Below are positions 1-9,292 of a stretch of 64,000 nt of DNA, in pieces. The notes beneath the pieces are model-generated. The model was not told the DNA's origin. It saw only the letters and a list, made by a program, of their open reading frames with translations, and did not search any database. The translations under genes and the position numbers were made by a program. The DNA is from an uncultured virus (IMG/VR IMGVR_UViG_3300010001_000023) (taxonomy: Duplodnaviria; Heunggongvirae; Uroviricota; Caudoviricetes), in IMG/VR virus record IMGVR_UViG_3300010001_000023, positions 62,001 to 126,000 of that record; one strand, written 5' to 3'. The number at the start of each line of letters is the position of its first letter. Within the stretch, counting starts at the first letter, position 1.

Positions 1-2
1 TT

Positions 3-671
3 ATTGAGAAGTATAGAGATAAATCTTTACCACTACACCATAGTGCAACACTTGCACCAAAGTTTACATACGCAGAAAAAGAAGATCGCCTATCATTAAG
101 TAGTTCTATTCTAAGAGATGTATTAGCTCATTTCGGTTTTAATCGGGAAACTAAATTAAAATTCCCTAAGTTTTTAAAACAAGCTGATAAAGCAACGATT
201 ACTGCTTATTTATCTGGGTTGTACCAAATGGATGCTACTGTTAACGCCAATTCAAAATATAAGGCTATGAGTATTGAATTAACGTCTACTTCTAAAGAAT
301 TTATGCAAGATATTCAACAACAACTTTTGAATCTAGGGGTATATTCAACAATTTATGAAAGTATTAGAGAAACCTCTATGCTTCCCGACTCGAATAGAGA
401 ATTAAAAGAATATAAAGTTCAAAATACATATAAGCTATCTATTCAAGATAGAAAATCAAGAGATAAATTTATGGCTGAGGTTGCCCTAAAGCCACAAGAT
501 ATTAATAAAGCAGTGATGTTTAATTTGACATTACAACCTAAAAGTCGCAACCCTAAACACAATTTTACAGCTGAAATTAAATCTATCAACTACATCGGTA
601 AAGAAGACGTTTATGACACTACTCAAGAAGATTATCATTCCTTAATTTTTAATGGAATTGTAACTGGTAAT
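3..671 (+). mobile_element. C-terminal part of an intein with a LAGLIDADG homing endonuclease domain, in nrdE
   Basis: LAGLIDADG-like block AYLSGLYQMDATV. Blocks F/G read IKSINYIGKEDVYDTTQEDYHSLIFNGIVTGN, ending in Asn (669-671) followed by the +1 Cys (672-674) of CTEI. Confidence 0.92.
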
Positions 672-1652
672 TGTACAGAAATTTTCCAGTTCATGGAAGT
701 ATCAGATATTAAGGATTATCATGAGCAAGATGTGCTAGGGCAAGATATTATTTGTAATTTAGCTTCACTTAATATGGTTAAAACTATCGAAGAAAATGAA
801 GTAGAAGAAGCTATTCGTACAGGTATGAGAGCTTTAACATTTGTGGCAGAAAACTCACGTATTGAGCATTTGCCAACGGTTCATAAAGCAAATAAAAATA
901 TGCGAGCAGTAGGGTTAGGAGTAATGTCTTTCCACTCTATGTGTGCTAAAAATAAGATTCGCTATGGATCAGAGGAATCATTAGATTTAATGAATGTTTA
1001 TGGTATGCTTATGGATTTCTACTCATTAGACGAAACAATGCAAATCGCTAAAGAAAAACAGAGTAAATTCTATCGCTTTGAAGACTCGGATTATGCTATT
1101 AAAGATAAAGAGTTTGGTGAATACTTCTATAAAAATAGTCGTGTGACCGAAGATGTAACTCCAGTGACAAACAAAGTAAAGGAAATTTTCAAGGATATTT
1201 ATTTACCGACTAAAGAAGATTGGCAACGATTAGCTAAGGACGTAGGGGAACATGGATTATATTCAGCATATAGACTGTCAATTGCCCCTACGCAATCAAT
1301 TAGTTATATTACAAACTGTTCTTCAGCATTAACTCCAGTAGTTGATACCGTAGAACGCAGAACTTATGGTAATTCAGAAACGTTTTATCCAATGCCTTAT
1401 CTGTCTCCTGAGACTATGTGGTTCTATACTTCCGCATTTAATATTCCTAATGAACATATTATTAATGTGGCAGCAGTTGCACAAAAATGGATTGATCAAG
1501 GTGTATCAACTATTCTATTTGTAAATAGTGAAGTAGAGACTAATAAATTAGCTCGATTATATGCTTACGCAAATGACAGAGGTTTAAAATCGCTTTACTA
1601 TACTCGTAATAAATTATTAAGTATTGAAGAATGTACTAGCTGTGCTGTATAG
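3..1652 (+). CDS. nrdE: Class Ib ribonucleotide reductase alpha subunit, 5'-truncated by the window, containing an intein
   Basis: Frame is open from base 3. After the intein come the NrdE motifs CTEIFQ, ICNLASLN, RAVGLGVM, APTQSISY, KSLYYTR and a C-terminal CTSCAV; the gene precedes nrdF. Confidence 0.95.
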   Translation: MEKYRDKSLPLHHSATLAPKFTYAEKEDRLSLSSSILRDVLAHFGFNRETKLKFPKFLKQADKATITAYLSGLYQMDATVNANSKYKAMSIELTSTSKEFMQDIQQQLLNLGVYSTIYESIRETSMLPDSNRELKEYKVQNTYKLSIQDRKSRDKFMAEVALKPQDINKAVMFNLTLQPKSRNPKHNFTAEIKSINYIGKEDVYDTTQEDYHSLIFNGIVTGNCTEIFQFMEVSDIKDYHEQDVLGQDIICNLASLNMVKTIEENEVEEAIRTGMRALTFVAENSRIEHLPTVHKANKNMRAVGLGVMSFHSMCAKNKIRYGSEESLDLMNVYGMLMDFYSLDETMQIAKEKQSKFYRFEDSDYAIKDKEFGEYFYKNSRVTEDVTPVTNKVKEIFKDIYLPTKEDWQRLAKDVGEHGLYSAYRLSIAPTQSISYITNCSSALTPVVDTVERRTYGNSETFYPMPYLSPETMWFYTSAFNIPNEHIINVAAVAQKWIDQGVSTILFVNSEVETNKLARLYAYANDRGLKSLYYTRNKLLSIEECTSCAV

Positions 1653-1675
1653 AAATAGGGTCTTTCCCTATTTCT
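1651..1675 (+). terminator. Stem-loop between nrdE and nrdF
   Basis: AGAAATAGGG-TCTTT-CCCTATTTCT, perfect 10-bp stem. Confidence 0.55.
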
Positions 1676-1708
1676 CATTGTTAATTAAAATAGAAGGAGA
1701 ACTATTAA

Positions 1709-2728
1709 ATGAAATTAAATAAATTAATCGCAACAAATTGGGACAAAGACAACTCAACCGCAATAATGTATTGGAAACAGAATATGATGCAGCTATGGAC
1801 TGAAGAAGAATTTAAACCATCTCGTGATATTGGCTCATGGAAGACACTATCAAAAGATGAGCAAACTGTATTCATTGAAGTATTATCTGGATTAACAGGA
1901 TTAGATACCACTCAAGCTGATGAAGGTATGCCATTGATTCAAATTCATTACCCTGACTTGCTATGGAAACCAGTATTTGCATTTATGGGTATGATGGAAA
2001 ACGTCCACCACAAATCATATTCCCATATTTTTACATCTCTTATTAGCAGAAAAGAAACTTCATACTATCTTGATGAATGGGTTTCTAATAACAAACATCT
2101 AGCAATTAAAAATACTCTTATCACAAATAATTACCGTAAATTATTAAAAAAGAATCCTACTACTAGGGAATTACTAATTGCTATGGCTTCAAGTGTATTT
2201 CTTGAATCTTTTCTCTTTTTCTCTGGGTTTTATTATCCACTTCTTCTAACGGGACAAGGCAAAATGATAGCGAGTGGTGAGATTATTCGTAAGATTCTTA
2301 TTGATGAGACAACACATGGATCAGGTACAGGATATGCTTTCCAACTTCTATTTAATCAATTACCTGAAGAAGAACAGCAAGATATTAAAAAAGAATTGAT
2401 GCAATTATTTGATGAATTATATTTTAATGAGTGTCAATATACAGCAGAACGTTACGATAGATTAGGTTTAACTGAAGACGTTATTAGATATATTCAATAC
2501 AACGGAAACAAAGCTATGATGAACTTAGGTTTCGATTCAGTATTTAACCCAGAGCCATTTAATCCTATTGTAGAGAACGGTTTAAACACTGATACTAAGA
2601 ACCACGACTTCTTTAGCACCAAAGGCGATGGATATGTTCTATCTCTTAATGTGGAGGATTTACGAGATAAAGACTTTGAATTTGAAAATGTAGAGTCTTA
2701 TGAATTATCAAATAAATTTTTAGATTAA
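1709..2728 (+). CDS. nrdF: Class Ib ribonucleotide reductase beta subunit
   Basis: GLTGLDTTQ, MMENVHHKSYSHIF, VFLESFLFFSGFYYPL, IDETTHG and NHDFFS motifs; RBS GAAGGAGA. Confidence 0.96.
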   Translation: MKLNKLIATNWDKDNSTAIMYWKQNMMQLWTEEEFKPSRDIGSWKTLSKDEQTVFIEVLSGLTGLDTTQADEGMPLIQIHYPDLLWKPVFAFMGMMENVHHKSYSHIFTSLISRKETSYYLDEWVSNNKHLAIKNTLITNNYRKLLKKNPTTRELLIAMASSVFLESFLFFSGFYYPLLLTGQGKMIASGEIIRKILIDETTHGSGTGYAFQLLFNQLPEEEQQDIKKELMQLFDELYFNECQYTAERYDRLGLTEDVIRYIQYNGNKAMMNLGFDSVFNPEPFNPIVENGLNTDTKNHDFFSTKGDGYVLSLNVEDLRDKDFEFENVESYELSNKFLD

Positions 2729-2746
2729 ATAAATTATAAATAATAC

Positions 2747-2775
2747 TTTACAACTTCATGATCTTACTATATAAT
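2747..2775 (+). promoter_or_regulatory. SigA-type promoter
   Basis: TTTACA-17 nt-TATAAT. Confidence 0.6.
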
Positions 2776-2908
2776 AATATTTAAGTAGTCAACCAACAAT
2801 AAAAATAAAAGGAAAAACATATGACGTTGTTTTATTCACACATTACATATCATATAGAATTCTTTTAGGTTGACTACTGAATATTATTTTTTTAAAGGAG
2901 AGAGTCTA

Positions 2909-3553
2909 TTGAACAAAACACTATCTAGTATTCCAAGTATTTCCCCTTCTCACTCACATGAGCTAAGGATTGCAGTAACAGGTCAAATGAGAACAGGAAA
3001 AGATACAATAGCACAAGCTATCTCACAATACCTTAATCATGCAGGTTACAGTGTTTTTCCTCACACATTTGGAGAATCGTTGAAAGCAGTCGCTACTCAA
3101 CTATTTCCAGAGGAATTCAAAGATGGTAAAAAGCCAAGAGAATTGTTTCAATGGCTAGGACAAACAATGAGACAACGCAATGAAGATGTATGGATCAATC
3201 AAGTTAATCAAGCCATTAGTGAGTTAAATGAACTATCCAATGATTCAGATATAACTCACGTAGCACATATCATTACAGATTTACGTCAACCTAACGAATA
3301 TGAATATTGTAAAATGAACAACTTTATCATTATTAAAGTCACATGTGATGATGAAGTAAGGATTAAACGTATGCAAGAATTAGATGATAATTTTAAAGTT
3401 GATGATTTAAACCATGAAACAGAATTACATATTAATTATTTTAATCCTGATTATACATTAGATACTACATACTTAGATCAAGAACAAATGAAAGAAACAA
3501 TTCAAGGATTCACAAAACAACTATTAAAAAGACAACAATACAGAGGAGAATAA
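2909..3553 (+). CDS. Deoxynucleoside monophosphate kinase (P-loop)
   Basis: IAVTGQMRTGKDT P-loop, PRELFQWLGQTMR and IITDLRQPNE; likely TTG start at 2909 after RBS AAAGGAGA. Confidence 0.8.
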   Translation: MNKTLSSIPSISPSHSHELRIAVTGQMRTGKDTIAQAISQYLNHAGYSVFPHTFGESLKAVATQLFPEEFKDGKKPRELFQWLGQTMRQRNEDVWINQVNQAISELNELSNDSDITHVAHIITDLRQPNEYEYCKMNNFIIIKVTCDDEVRIKRMQELDDNFKVDDLNHETELHINYFNPDYTLDTTYLDQEQMKETIQGFTKQLLKRQQYRGE

Positions 3554-3556
3554 ATT

Positions 3557-3781
3557 ATGAATAAACTAACACTTTTCGGATCACCAACTTGCGTACTATG
3601 CCAAACTTTAAAATTAAGACTAAACAATGAAGGTACTGAATTTGAATATGTAGATGTATTTGAAAATCCTGAGTTAGCAGGAGAAAATGGAATTATGTCC
3701 ACTCCTACACTACTATATGGTGAAGAACGTGCAGTAGGTTTAGGTGCAGGCAACGAATTATTAGATAGAATCAAAGGGTAA
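3557..3781 (+). CDS. NrdH/thioredoxin-like redoxin
   Basis: 74 aa, CVLC motif and GIMSTPTL cis-Pro motif, close to nrdEF. Confidence 0.8.
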   Translation: MNKLTLFGSPTCVLCQTLKLRLNNEGTEFEYVDVFENPELAGENGIMSTPTLLYGEERAVGLGAGNELLDRIKG

Positions 3782-3793
3782 AAGAGTGGTTTT

Positions 3794-4045
3794 ATGACAA
3801 ACTATTTAACTGAATTATCGTATCATATCGAAGCCATACGCCTTGAATATCACAAACAAGTAAGAAATGATACATTTAATCTGCGAACATTTGACTTCTT
3901 AGAAAATGAAATCTTTAAGCTTATCAAAGAAGTCGATAATATTAAATGGTCATTCCACACTATTATTCCTAAACTAAAATACAAACGTCAATTACAAGAT
4001 ATTTATATTGACATGTACTACTATTATTATATTGATAGAAAATAA
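3794..4045 (+). CDS. Hypothetical protein
   Basis: 83-aa ORF packed in the operon. Confidence 0.6.
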   Translation: MTNYLTELSYHIEAIRLEYHKQVRNDTFNLRTFDFLENEIFKLIKEVDNIKWSFHTIIPKLKYKRQLQDIYIDMYYYYYIDRK

Positions 4046-4070
4046 AATATATATAAAGGGAGATTTTCAA

Positions 4071-4814
4071 ATGTTTCAACAATTAAAATTAGGTCAAGAA
4101 GTAGTAGATATTGTAAACAAAAAGAAAGGTATTATCACAGCGATCAATGAGCCTGTAGCAACTGTAGACTTTGTAATTGGACAGAACCTCAATACTCGTA
4201 CTAAAACTATTGAACAAAGAGACGTTCTACTATCTAACCTCTATCCAGCAAACACTCAATCTAATGAGCAAACTAATGTACATTATCAAACTGAAGTAGA
4301 CAATCAATACAATCCATACAAAGATGTTCAAGATTTTCACATAGCTTTTAGCCACCCAGTAGCTTCTGTTCCTACACCAATGAGTCCTGAACGTGCTTCA
4401 CAACGTGGAGGATATAAAATTGAGGAATTAGTTGAATTCTTATGGGCAAGTGTGCAAGGTGATGAGGAATTAACTCGTAAACTGGTAGCACAGCTTAAAG
4501 TAGATATGTACAAAGCATTAGATAAAGTAATTGCAAAAGGTTCATTCCCTAAAGAAGAAGTCTTATTACATCAAGTAGATGCTGTTACAGATATGAATTA
4601 TTTCAACTATGGGACATTTGCTGAGTTAGGAGTTGACCCTAGACCAATCTTTAAGATTGTTCAAAGCTCTAATCTGTCTAAGCTTGATTCAAATAACCAA
4701 CCTATTATTGATCCTATAACTAATAAGATTCAGAAATCAGAAAACTTTATTGAACCTGAACCAATGATTAAAGCAGAAATTCAACGTCAAATTAATGAGA
4801 AAATGGGGTATTAA
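4071..4814 (+). CDS. MazG-like all-alpha NTP pyrophosphohydrolase (probable dUTPase) with a small N-terminal extra domain
   Basis: VQDFHIAF, EELVEFL, DAVTDMNYFNYG, VQSSNLSK and KIQKSENFIEPEP motifs of the DR2231/PRA-PH type; ATG at 4071 after RBS AAGGGAG. Confidence 0.75.
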   Translation: MFQQLKLGQEVVDIVNKKKGIITAINEPVATVDFVIGQNLNTRTKTIEQRDVLLSNLYPANTQSNEQTNVHYQTEVDNQYNPYKDVQDFHIAFSHPVASVPTPMSPERASQRGGYKIEELVEFLWASVQGDEELTRKLVAQLKVDMYKALDKVIAKGSFPKEEVLLHQVDAVTDMNYFNYGTFAELGVDPRPIFKIVQSSNLSKLDSNNQPIIDPITNKIQKSENFIEPEPMIKAEIQRQINEKMGY

Positions 4815-4816
4815 TC

Positions 4817-5152
4817 ATGGAAAAAATCTTACGAAATCAATTTGAGCAAACCTTAATAAATATTGAGGACGTAGTAACAGAGAATCAATTATTAGGATTA
4901 GATTTTGATACATATGCACACGAAGATACAGGTGAAGTTGTTCTCAATTTATCAGTCACATTAAAAGAGCGTGATGTATTAGTTTCAGATAAATCAGAAA
5001 CCGATACCTCCATTGATTATAGCCAAGTAAACGCATTAAATGATCTTAGCGAAGTTCTTCAATCTATATCTATTGCTCAGGCTCAACCTCCTGTAGTTGA
5101 AGTTTACAAAGGTAATACTGGTAACTGGGCTGTTCGTCATGACAACTTGTAA
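4817..5152 (+). CDS. Hypothetical protein
   Basis: 111-aa acidic ORF closely following the upstream gene. Confidence 0.6.
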   Translation: MEKILRNQFEQTLINIEDVVTENQLLGLDFDTYAHEDTGEVVLNLSVTLKERDVLVSDKSETDTSIDYSQVNALNDLSEVLQSISIAQAQPPVVEVYKGNTGNWAVRHDNL

Positions 5153-5729
5153 ATTAGCCTTACCACTTCCCACTTCATTAAATAAATTATATACACAACA
5201 ATGGAGTGGTGGAGGATTTACAGGTAAAAAAATCCTATCTAAAGTAGGTGAACAGAATCGTTACGATATTATGCTTAATGTGGAAAAACAAATATCCCTT
5301 CCTATTAATTTAGATTGGGATGTTTCTTACACTAAAGATCATTACATATTCATGGATATAGAAGCCTATGTCACTCGTTCTAACGTAGACCTAGACAACA
5401 CGCTAAAGACTCTTAACGACTCAATACAGGCTACAGGACTTGTATTTATAGATGATAAGAAAGTCGTTCCACGATTCAATAGAGTATATATTGATCCAGA
5501 TAATCCTAGAGTCGAATTAACATTCACTCAAACAGGTTGGAATGGTATCTTTGATAATTTTGCTAATAGAGAAACTTTTGAAAATAACTGTAAAACATGT
5601 TCACGTTATAGAAATGGTAGTTGCTCCATATTAAAGAAATCCCTCGATAATAAGATTCTTCCTGAAATCAAGTTATTTGATAACAAAGAAGATGAGTATT
5701 ATTGCACAGCTTACAAGGAGAAAAAATAA
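5139..5729 (+). CDS. RusA-like Holliday junction resolvase
   Basis: LPLPTSLNKLY, DLDNTLKTLNDSI, VFIDDKKV and DPDNPRVEL; Cys-rich C-terminal tail. Confidence 0.8.
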   Translation: MTTCKLALPLPTSLNKLYTQQWSGGGFTGKKILSKVGEQNRYDIMLNVEKQISLPINLDWDVSYTKDHYIFMDIEAYVTRSNVDLDNTLKTLNDSIQATGLVFIDDKKVVPRFNRVYIDPDNPRVELTFTQTGWNGIFDNFANRETFENNCKTCSRYRNGSCSILKKSLDNKILPEIKLFDNKEDEYYCTAYKEKK

Positions 5730-5839
5730 TGATTATTAAAAACAATAAGCTAATTGAACAAGCCAAACAAGATATTCAACATACTGCTTCAAATGAAATA
5801 GTTATACATATTGCAAAACAACTAAGTAAATATTGTTAA
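5729..5839 (+). CDS. Small hypothetical protein (36 aa, MIIKNNKLIEQAKQD...)
   Basis: ATG overlaps the resolvase stop, RBS AAGGAG at 5715-5720, followed by a terminator. Confidence 0.45.
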   Translation: MIIKNNKLIEQAKQDIQHTASNEIVIHIAKQLSKYC

Positions 5840-5843
5840 TCCT

Positions 5844-5874
5844 AAAACACTCACTCATGTGGGTGTTTCTTTTT
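5844..5874 (+). terminator. Rho-independent terminator ending the nucleotide-metabolism operon
   Basis: AAACACTCAC-TCAT-GTGGGTGTTT followed by a T run. Confidence 0.65.
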
Positions 5875-5938
5875 GTGGTAAATTAATTCCTAATGCTATA
5901 TAATATAATCAAATCTAAAAAAATGGGGAGTGTAGAAA

Positions 5939-6310
5939 ATGAAAACATGGTCAGATGAAGAGATTCAAATACTACATGATAATTGGGACAGACGTATGAA
6001 CGAATTATTAGAGTTATTACCTGACCGAACTGTTCCTTCTATCCAGCATAAGATTAAACGGTTAGGTTATCAAAGGGATAAAACAATCCTTAGACAACAA
6101 GATTATGACTATATTCTTAGTAATTTATCAACCAAGTCTAATAAACAAATGGCAAGAGAACTCAATGTTTCCCCTCCTGTTATCACAAGAGCTTTAAAGG
6201 AACTAGGAATAAATAAAACTAATAACTGGACTCAGACCAATATTGTAAAAGTTCCTAATTCGCCTTTTAGTATTCAAGTATCCTATAAAAAAGTAATCGA
6301 GGTGGAATAG
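5939..6310 (+). CDS. HTH/Myb-like DNA-binding protein
   Basis: WSDEEIQIL...RTVPSIQHKIKRLG, plus a second HTH SNKQMARELNVSPPVITRALKELG; ends 1 nt before the recombinase start. Confidence 0.7.
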   Translation: MKTWSDEEIQILHDNWDRRMNELLELLPDRTVPSIQHKIKRLGYQRDKTILRQQDYDYILSNLSTKSNKQMARELNVSPPVITRALKELGINKTNNWTQTNIVKVPNSPFSIQVSYKKVIEVE

Positions 6311-6311
6311 T

Positions 6312-7817
6312 ATGGATGATTTATTTAAAGATGAAAAGAAAATAAAACATGTAGCCATGTACGCACGTAAGTCTCGTGGAGATGGTGTGGAGGATTTAGA
6401 GAAGCATATATCTACTATGAGAGCAACGTGTGAAGCATACAATTGGACTTATGAGTTGTTCACTGAAATCAAGTCAGGCAATACTATTATAGATAGACCA
6501 GTCATGTCAGAGTTATTAAATAAACTAGAGAATACTACTGAATTTGATGCACTCTTAGCATTTGACCAAGATAGATTATCTCGTGGTGGTTCTACAGATC
6601 AACAACAAATTATGTATATATTAAAAAAATCTAACACAATGCTTATCCTGTGTAATCCTTATCAATTCCTTGATCCTAATAATGAGTCACATGAGGAATT
6701 GATGAATATACGTTCCTTTACCGCACAAATGGAATTAAGACAAACTCGTAAACGTTTTGCAGCAGGTAAACGTATTGGTGCTACAATGGGTAATTGGGTA
6801 TATGGAACGTCACCTTATGGTTATAAATACGATAGAAAAACTAAACGATTAATACTAGATGAGCATGAGTCTTCCATTGTTACTCGTATCAAGAATGAAT
6901 TCTTAGAGGATAAACCTATATCCGACATTACTTGGAATCTTAATCAAGACCATATTCCAAGTCGTTCAGGTGGAATGTGGAATAAATCAGTAGTCAGAGC
7001 TATATTGAAAAACGAGGTTTATACTGGTTGCACTATATTTAATAAGTCTCAAGGTACTCCAGAGAATCGTTCTAAGAATAGATATAGTATTTCTAATCCA
7101 TATAAACCTAACCCTAAATCAGAGTGGAAGTATATATACAACACTCATCCTGCTTTAATCTCAGAGGAAGAGCATAAGCTTATTGTGTCTCAAATAGAAA
7201 GTAGGGGACATAAGAGAAAATCTGAAAAACGAAATATCTATGCTTTGTCAGGATTAGTTAAGACACCTGATGGGGATACCTATAGTGTAAGACAATCAAA
7301 AAGGATAAATTCACTGACTACATTCAATAAAAAATATAAAGATACCCCTTGCTACATTGTAGAAGATGCTATTATGACCACTTTAGAAGTTATGAAGGAT
7401 AGATTAGAAGAACAATTAGAAAAGAAAGATACAGGGGAGGTAAAAAAATCATTAGAAAAACAACTAGCTGATATTAACAATCAGATTCTTAAAGCGACTC
7501 ATGCCATAGATAGAGCAAAGGAAGGATTTTTAGAGGGAATATTTGAATCAGAGGAAATGAAGAAGATTCAGTATGACAAAGGGATAGAAATATCTCAATT
7601 AGAAGATGAAGCAAATAAATTGAGGGTAAAATTAAATAGCATATCCAATGCTGATAACTTAGAAAGAATCAATCGTATAGATGATCTACTAAATAAACTT
7701 ACTCACAATGAATTTACTGAAGAACAAAAGAATGATTTATACAAAAGTATTGTCTCTAGTATAATTTTAAAAAGAGAGATAGACTATGAATTAGATGTTA
7801 TAGTAAATTTTCTTTAA
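6312..7817 (+). CDS. Large serine recombinase (integrase, SprA-like)
   Basis: YARKS catalytic Ser, DRLSR, PYGY, ILKNEVYTG, HPALISEE, YALSGLVK and a C-terminal coiled coil. Confidence 0.93.
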   Translation: MDDLFKDEKKIKHVAMYARKSRGDGVEDLEKHISTMRATCEAYNWTYELFTEIKSGNTIIDRPVMSELLNKLENTTEFDALLAFDQDRLSRGGSTDQQQIMYILKKSNTMLILCNPYQFLDPNNESHEELMNIRSFTAQMELRQTRKRFAAGKRIGATMGNWVYGTSPYGYKYDRKTKRLILDEHESSIVTRIKNEFLEDKPISDITWNLNQDHIPSRSGGMWNKSVVRAILKNEVYTGCTIFNKSQGTPENRSKNRYSISNPYKPNPKSEWKYIYNTHPALISEEEHKLIVSQIESRGHKRKSEKRNIYALSGLVKTPDGDTYSVRQSKRINSLTTFNKKYKDTPCYIVEDAIMTTLEVMKDRLEEQLEKKDTGEVKKSLEKQLADINNQILKATHAIDRAKEGFLEGIFESEEMKKIQYDKGIEISQLEDEANKLRVKLNSISNADNLERINRIDDLLNKLTHNEFTEEQKNDLYKSIVSSIILKREIDYELDVIVNFL

Positions 7818-8040
7818 TGGAATAGGTCTTAAACCTAGCTATAATGCACATTGGTACAAATATTCTTAATGTTAAAAGAAGTTGAGAATATGGATGTTCG
7901 GTATCATATGTGTGACCTATTCCAAGATACACCAATTATTATTCGGTATCCGAAAATTTATGTTTATTATTTTTTAAATATATCGTATAATTTGTTAACG
8001 GTATATTTTATGGAATTTGAAAAAAATATATTATATAAAG

Positions 8041-8092
8041 TTGACTTTAAAAACAAAAAGGAATATATTAAATATAGAACATATGTTCTATA
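8041..8092 (+). promoter_or_regulatory. SigA promoter with a LexA (SOS/Cheo) box
   Basis: TTGACT(8041-8046)-17 nt-TATATT(8064-8069). Perfect 20-bp palindrome TATAGAACATATGTTCTATA (8073-8092) containing GAAC-N4-GTTC. Confidence 0.8.
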
Positions 8093-8117
8093 AAAAACCA
8101 AAGGGAGTGTTGGGTTA

Positions 8118-8318
8118 ATGCATCAATTCAATATAGATTTAAAAGGATTTCAACAATTTACAGAAGAAGAATTATATCTTTTAGAACAAGATACCATTGA
8201 AGGCGTTGTATGTATTCGCTCAATTGAAGGAACGGTAATTATTAAAGCACCAGTTAAAATTTCTATTAATGAAATTATCTATCATATGAATTCGCCTTTA
8301 CAAACGAAGATTTCGTAA
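8118..8318 (+). CDS. Small, probably SOS-induced hypothetical protein (66 aa)
   Basis: RBS AAGGGAG, own LexA-box promoter and downstream terminator. Confidence 0.7.
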   Translation: MHQFNIDLKGFQQFTEEELYLLEQDTIEGVVCIRSIEGTVIIKAPVKISINEIIYHMNSPLQTKIS

Positions 8319-8340
8319 TTCGTCTCTACAAACAAAGAAA

Positions 8341-8374
8341 TTCCCCCTCCTACAAAAAAATGTAAGAGGGGGAA
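8341..8374. terminator. Bidirectional terminator between convergent units
   Basis: TTCCCCCTCCTACA-AAAAAA-TGTAAGAGGGGGAA. Confidence 0.75.
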
Positions 8375-8380
8375 CAATTA

Positions 8381-8854
8381 TTAATTTCCAATAAGCAGAG
8401 GGAATACAACACGAGTAAATACTTCAAATAAAGCAAACACTCCAGTTAGTATAATACCTAATGTCTTGTTACTTAGTTTCTTTTCTTCTAACTTGATAGT
8501 CATGGACTCAGTATTAGATTTTAATTGGACTTTGATTTCAGATATGTCACTATGGACTTTACCGAATTCTTCATTAGTCTTTTCAAATTGTTTCACTGTG
8601 TTCATATTAGAACTTTTCAATTCTTCAGCAATATTATTCATGCTATTACTGAATACTTTTGTATTATTCTCCATTGCTTTGATTGTCTCTTTAAGTGCTG
8701 TTACTAACACAGTAGTCTCTAAATGTCTCTGACTATTCTTATCATGGAAATTATGTAGTTTTTCATTGGTTATGTCAATCTGATCTTCCAGCTTATTAAC
8801 CCTGTTTTCTAATGATGTGATTCTATCGTTGGTCATTCTTATTTTTTCTTCCAA
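8381..8854 (-). CDS. Coiled-coil protein with C-terminal TM helix (XhlA-like lysis accessory)
   Basis: Heptad-rich body, hydrophobic C-terminus, downstream of the endolysin. Confidence 0.6.
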   Translation of the reverse strand: MEEKIRMTNDRITSLENRVNKLEDQIDITNEKLHNFHDKNSQRHLETTVLVTALKETIKAMENNTKVFSNSMNNIAEELKSSNMNTVKQFEKTNEEFGKVHSDISEIKVQLKSNTESMTIKLEEKKLSNKTLGIILTGVFALFEVFTRVVFPLLIGN

Positions 8855-9270
8855 ATTCCTACAACTCCTATAAACAATAAAAATAGTTGAGCTACCATTA
8901 ATGCCATTGCTGTATAGCTAGTTACAAATAAAGAAGCACCAGCTAAACTAGCTAATGAAAAGAAGAAATAAATAATTCCACTGAAGAAAGAGCCTGCCAA
9001 CAATAAATAATAGACAATCACATTTTTAAAAAACACACTTGAGAATATCATAGCTGAAGCAATCAATAAGATGATTCCTAGTGACTCAATAGAGCCAAAA
9101 GAACTCAATACACCATATAAAGGAGAAACTGTTGTTAGATTCTTTTTGTCAGCTACAATCCACTCATATGCTCTGATAAGCCCTAAGAATCCCACCAACA
9201 TAACAAACAGATTAGCCATTAGCACATGAGCATCAAGATTTTTTGTACAACTCCTTATCTTATGTTTCAT
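8839..9270 (-). CDS. 4-TM membrane protein, lysis module
   Basis: Four hydrophobic segments; overlaps the next gene. Confidence 0.65.
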   Translation of the reverse strand: MKHKIRSCTKNLDAHVLMANLFVMLVGFLGLIRAYEWIVADKKNLTTVSPLYGVLSSFGSIESLGIILLIASAMIFSSVFFKNVIVYYLLLAGSFFSGIIYFFFSLASLAGASLFVTSYTAMALMVAQLFLLFIGVVGIWKKK

Positions 9271-9292
9271 TATTCTACCACCTATCTATAAA

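Noticed and set aside
7851..8093. 80-aa ORF after the integrase
   Set aside because: No RBS; it runs through the inverted repeats, promoter and LexA box, and its composition reflects AT-rich intergenic DNA
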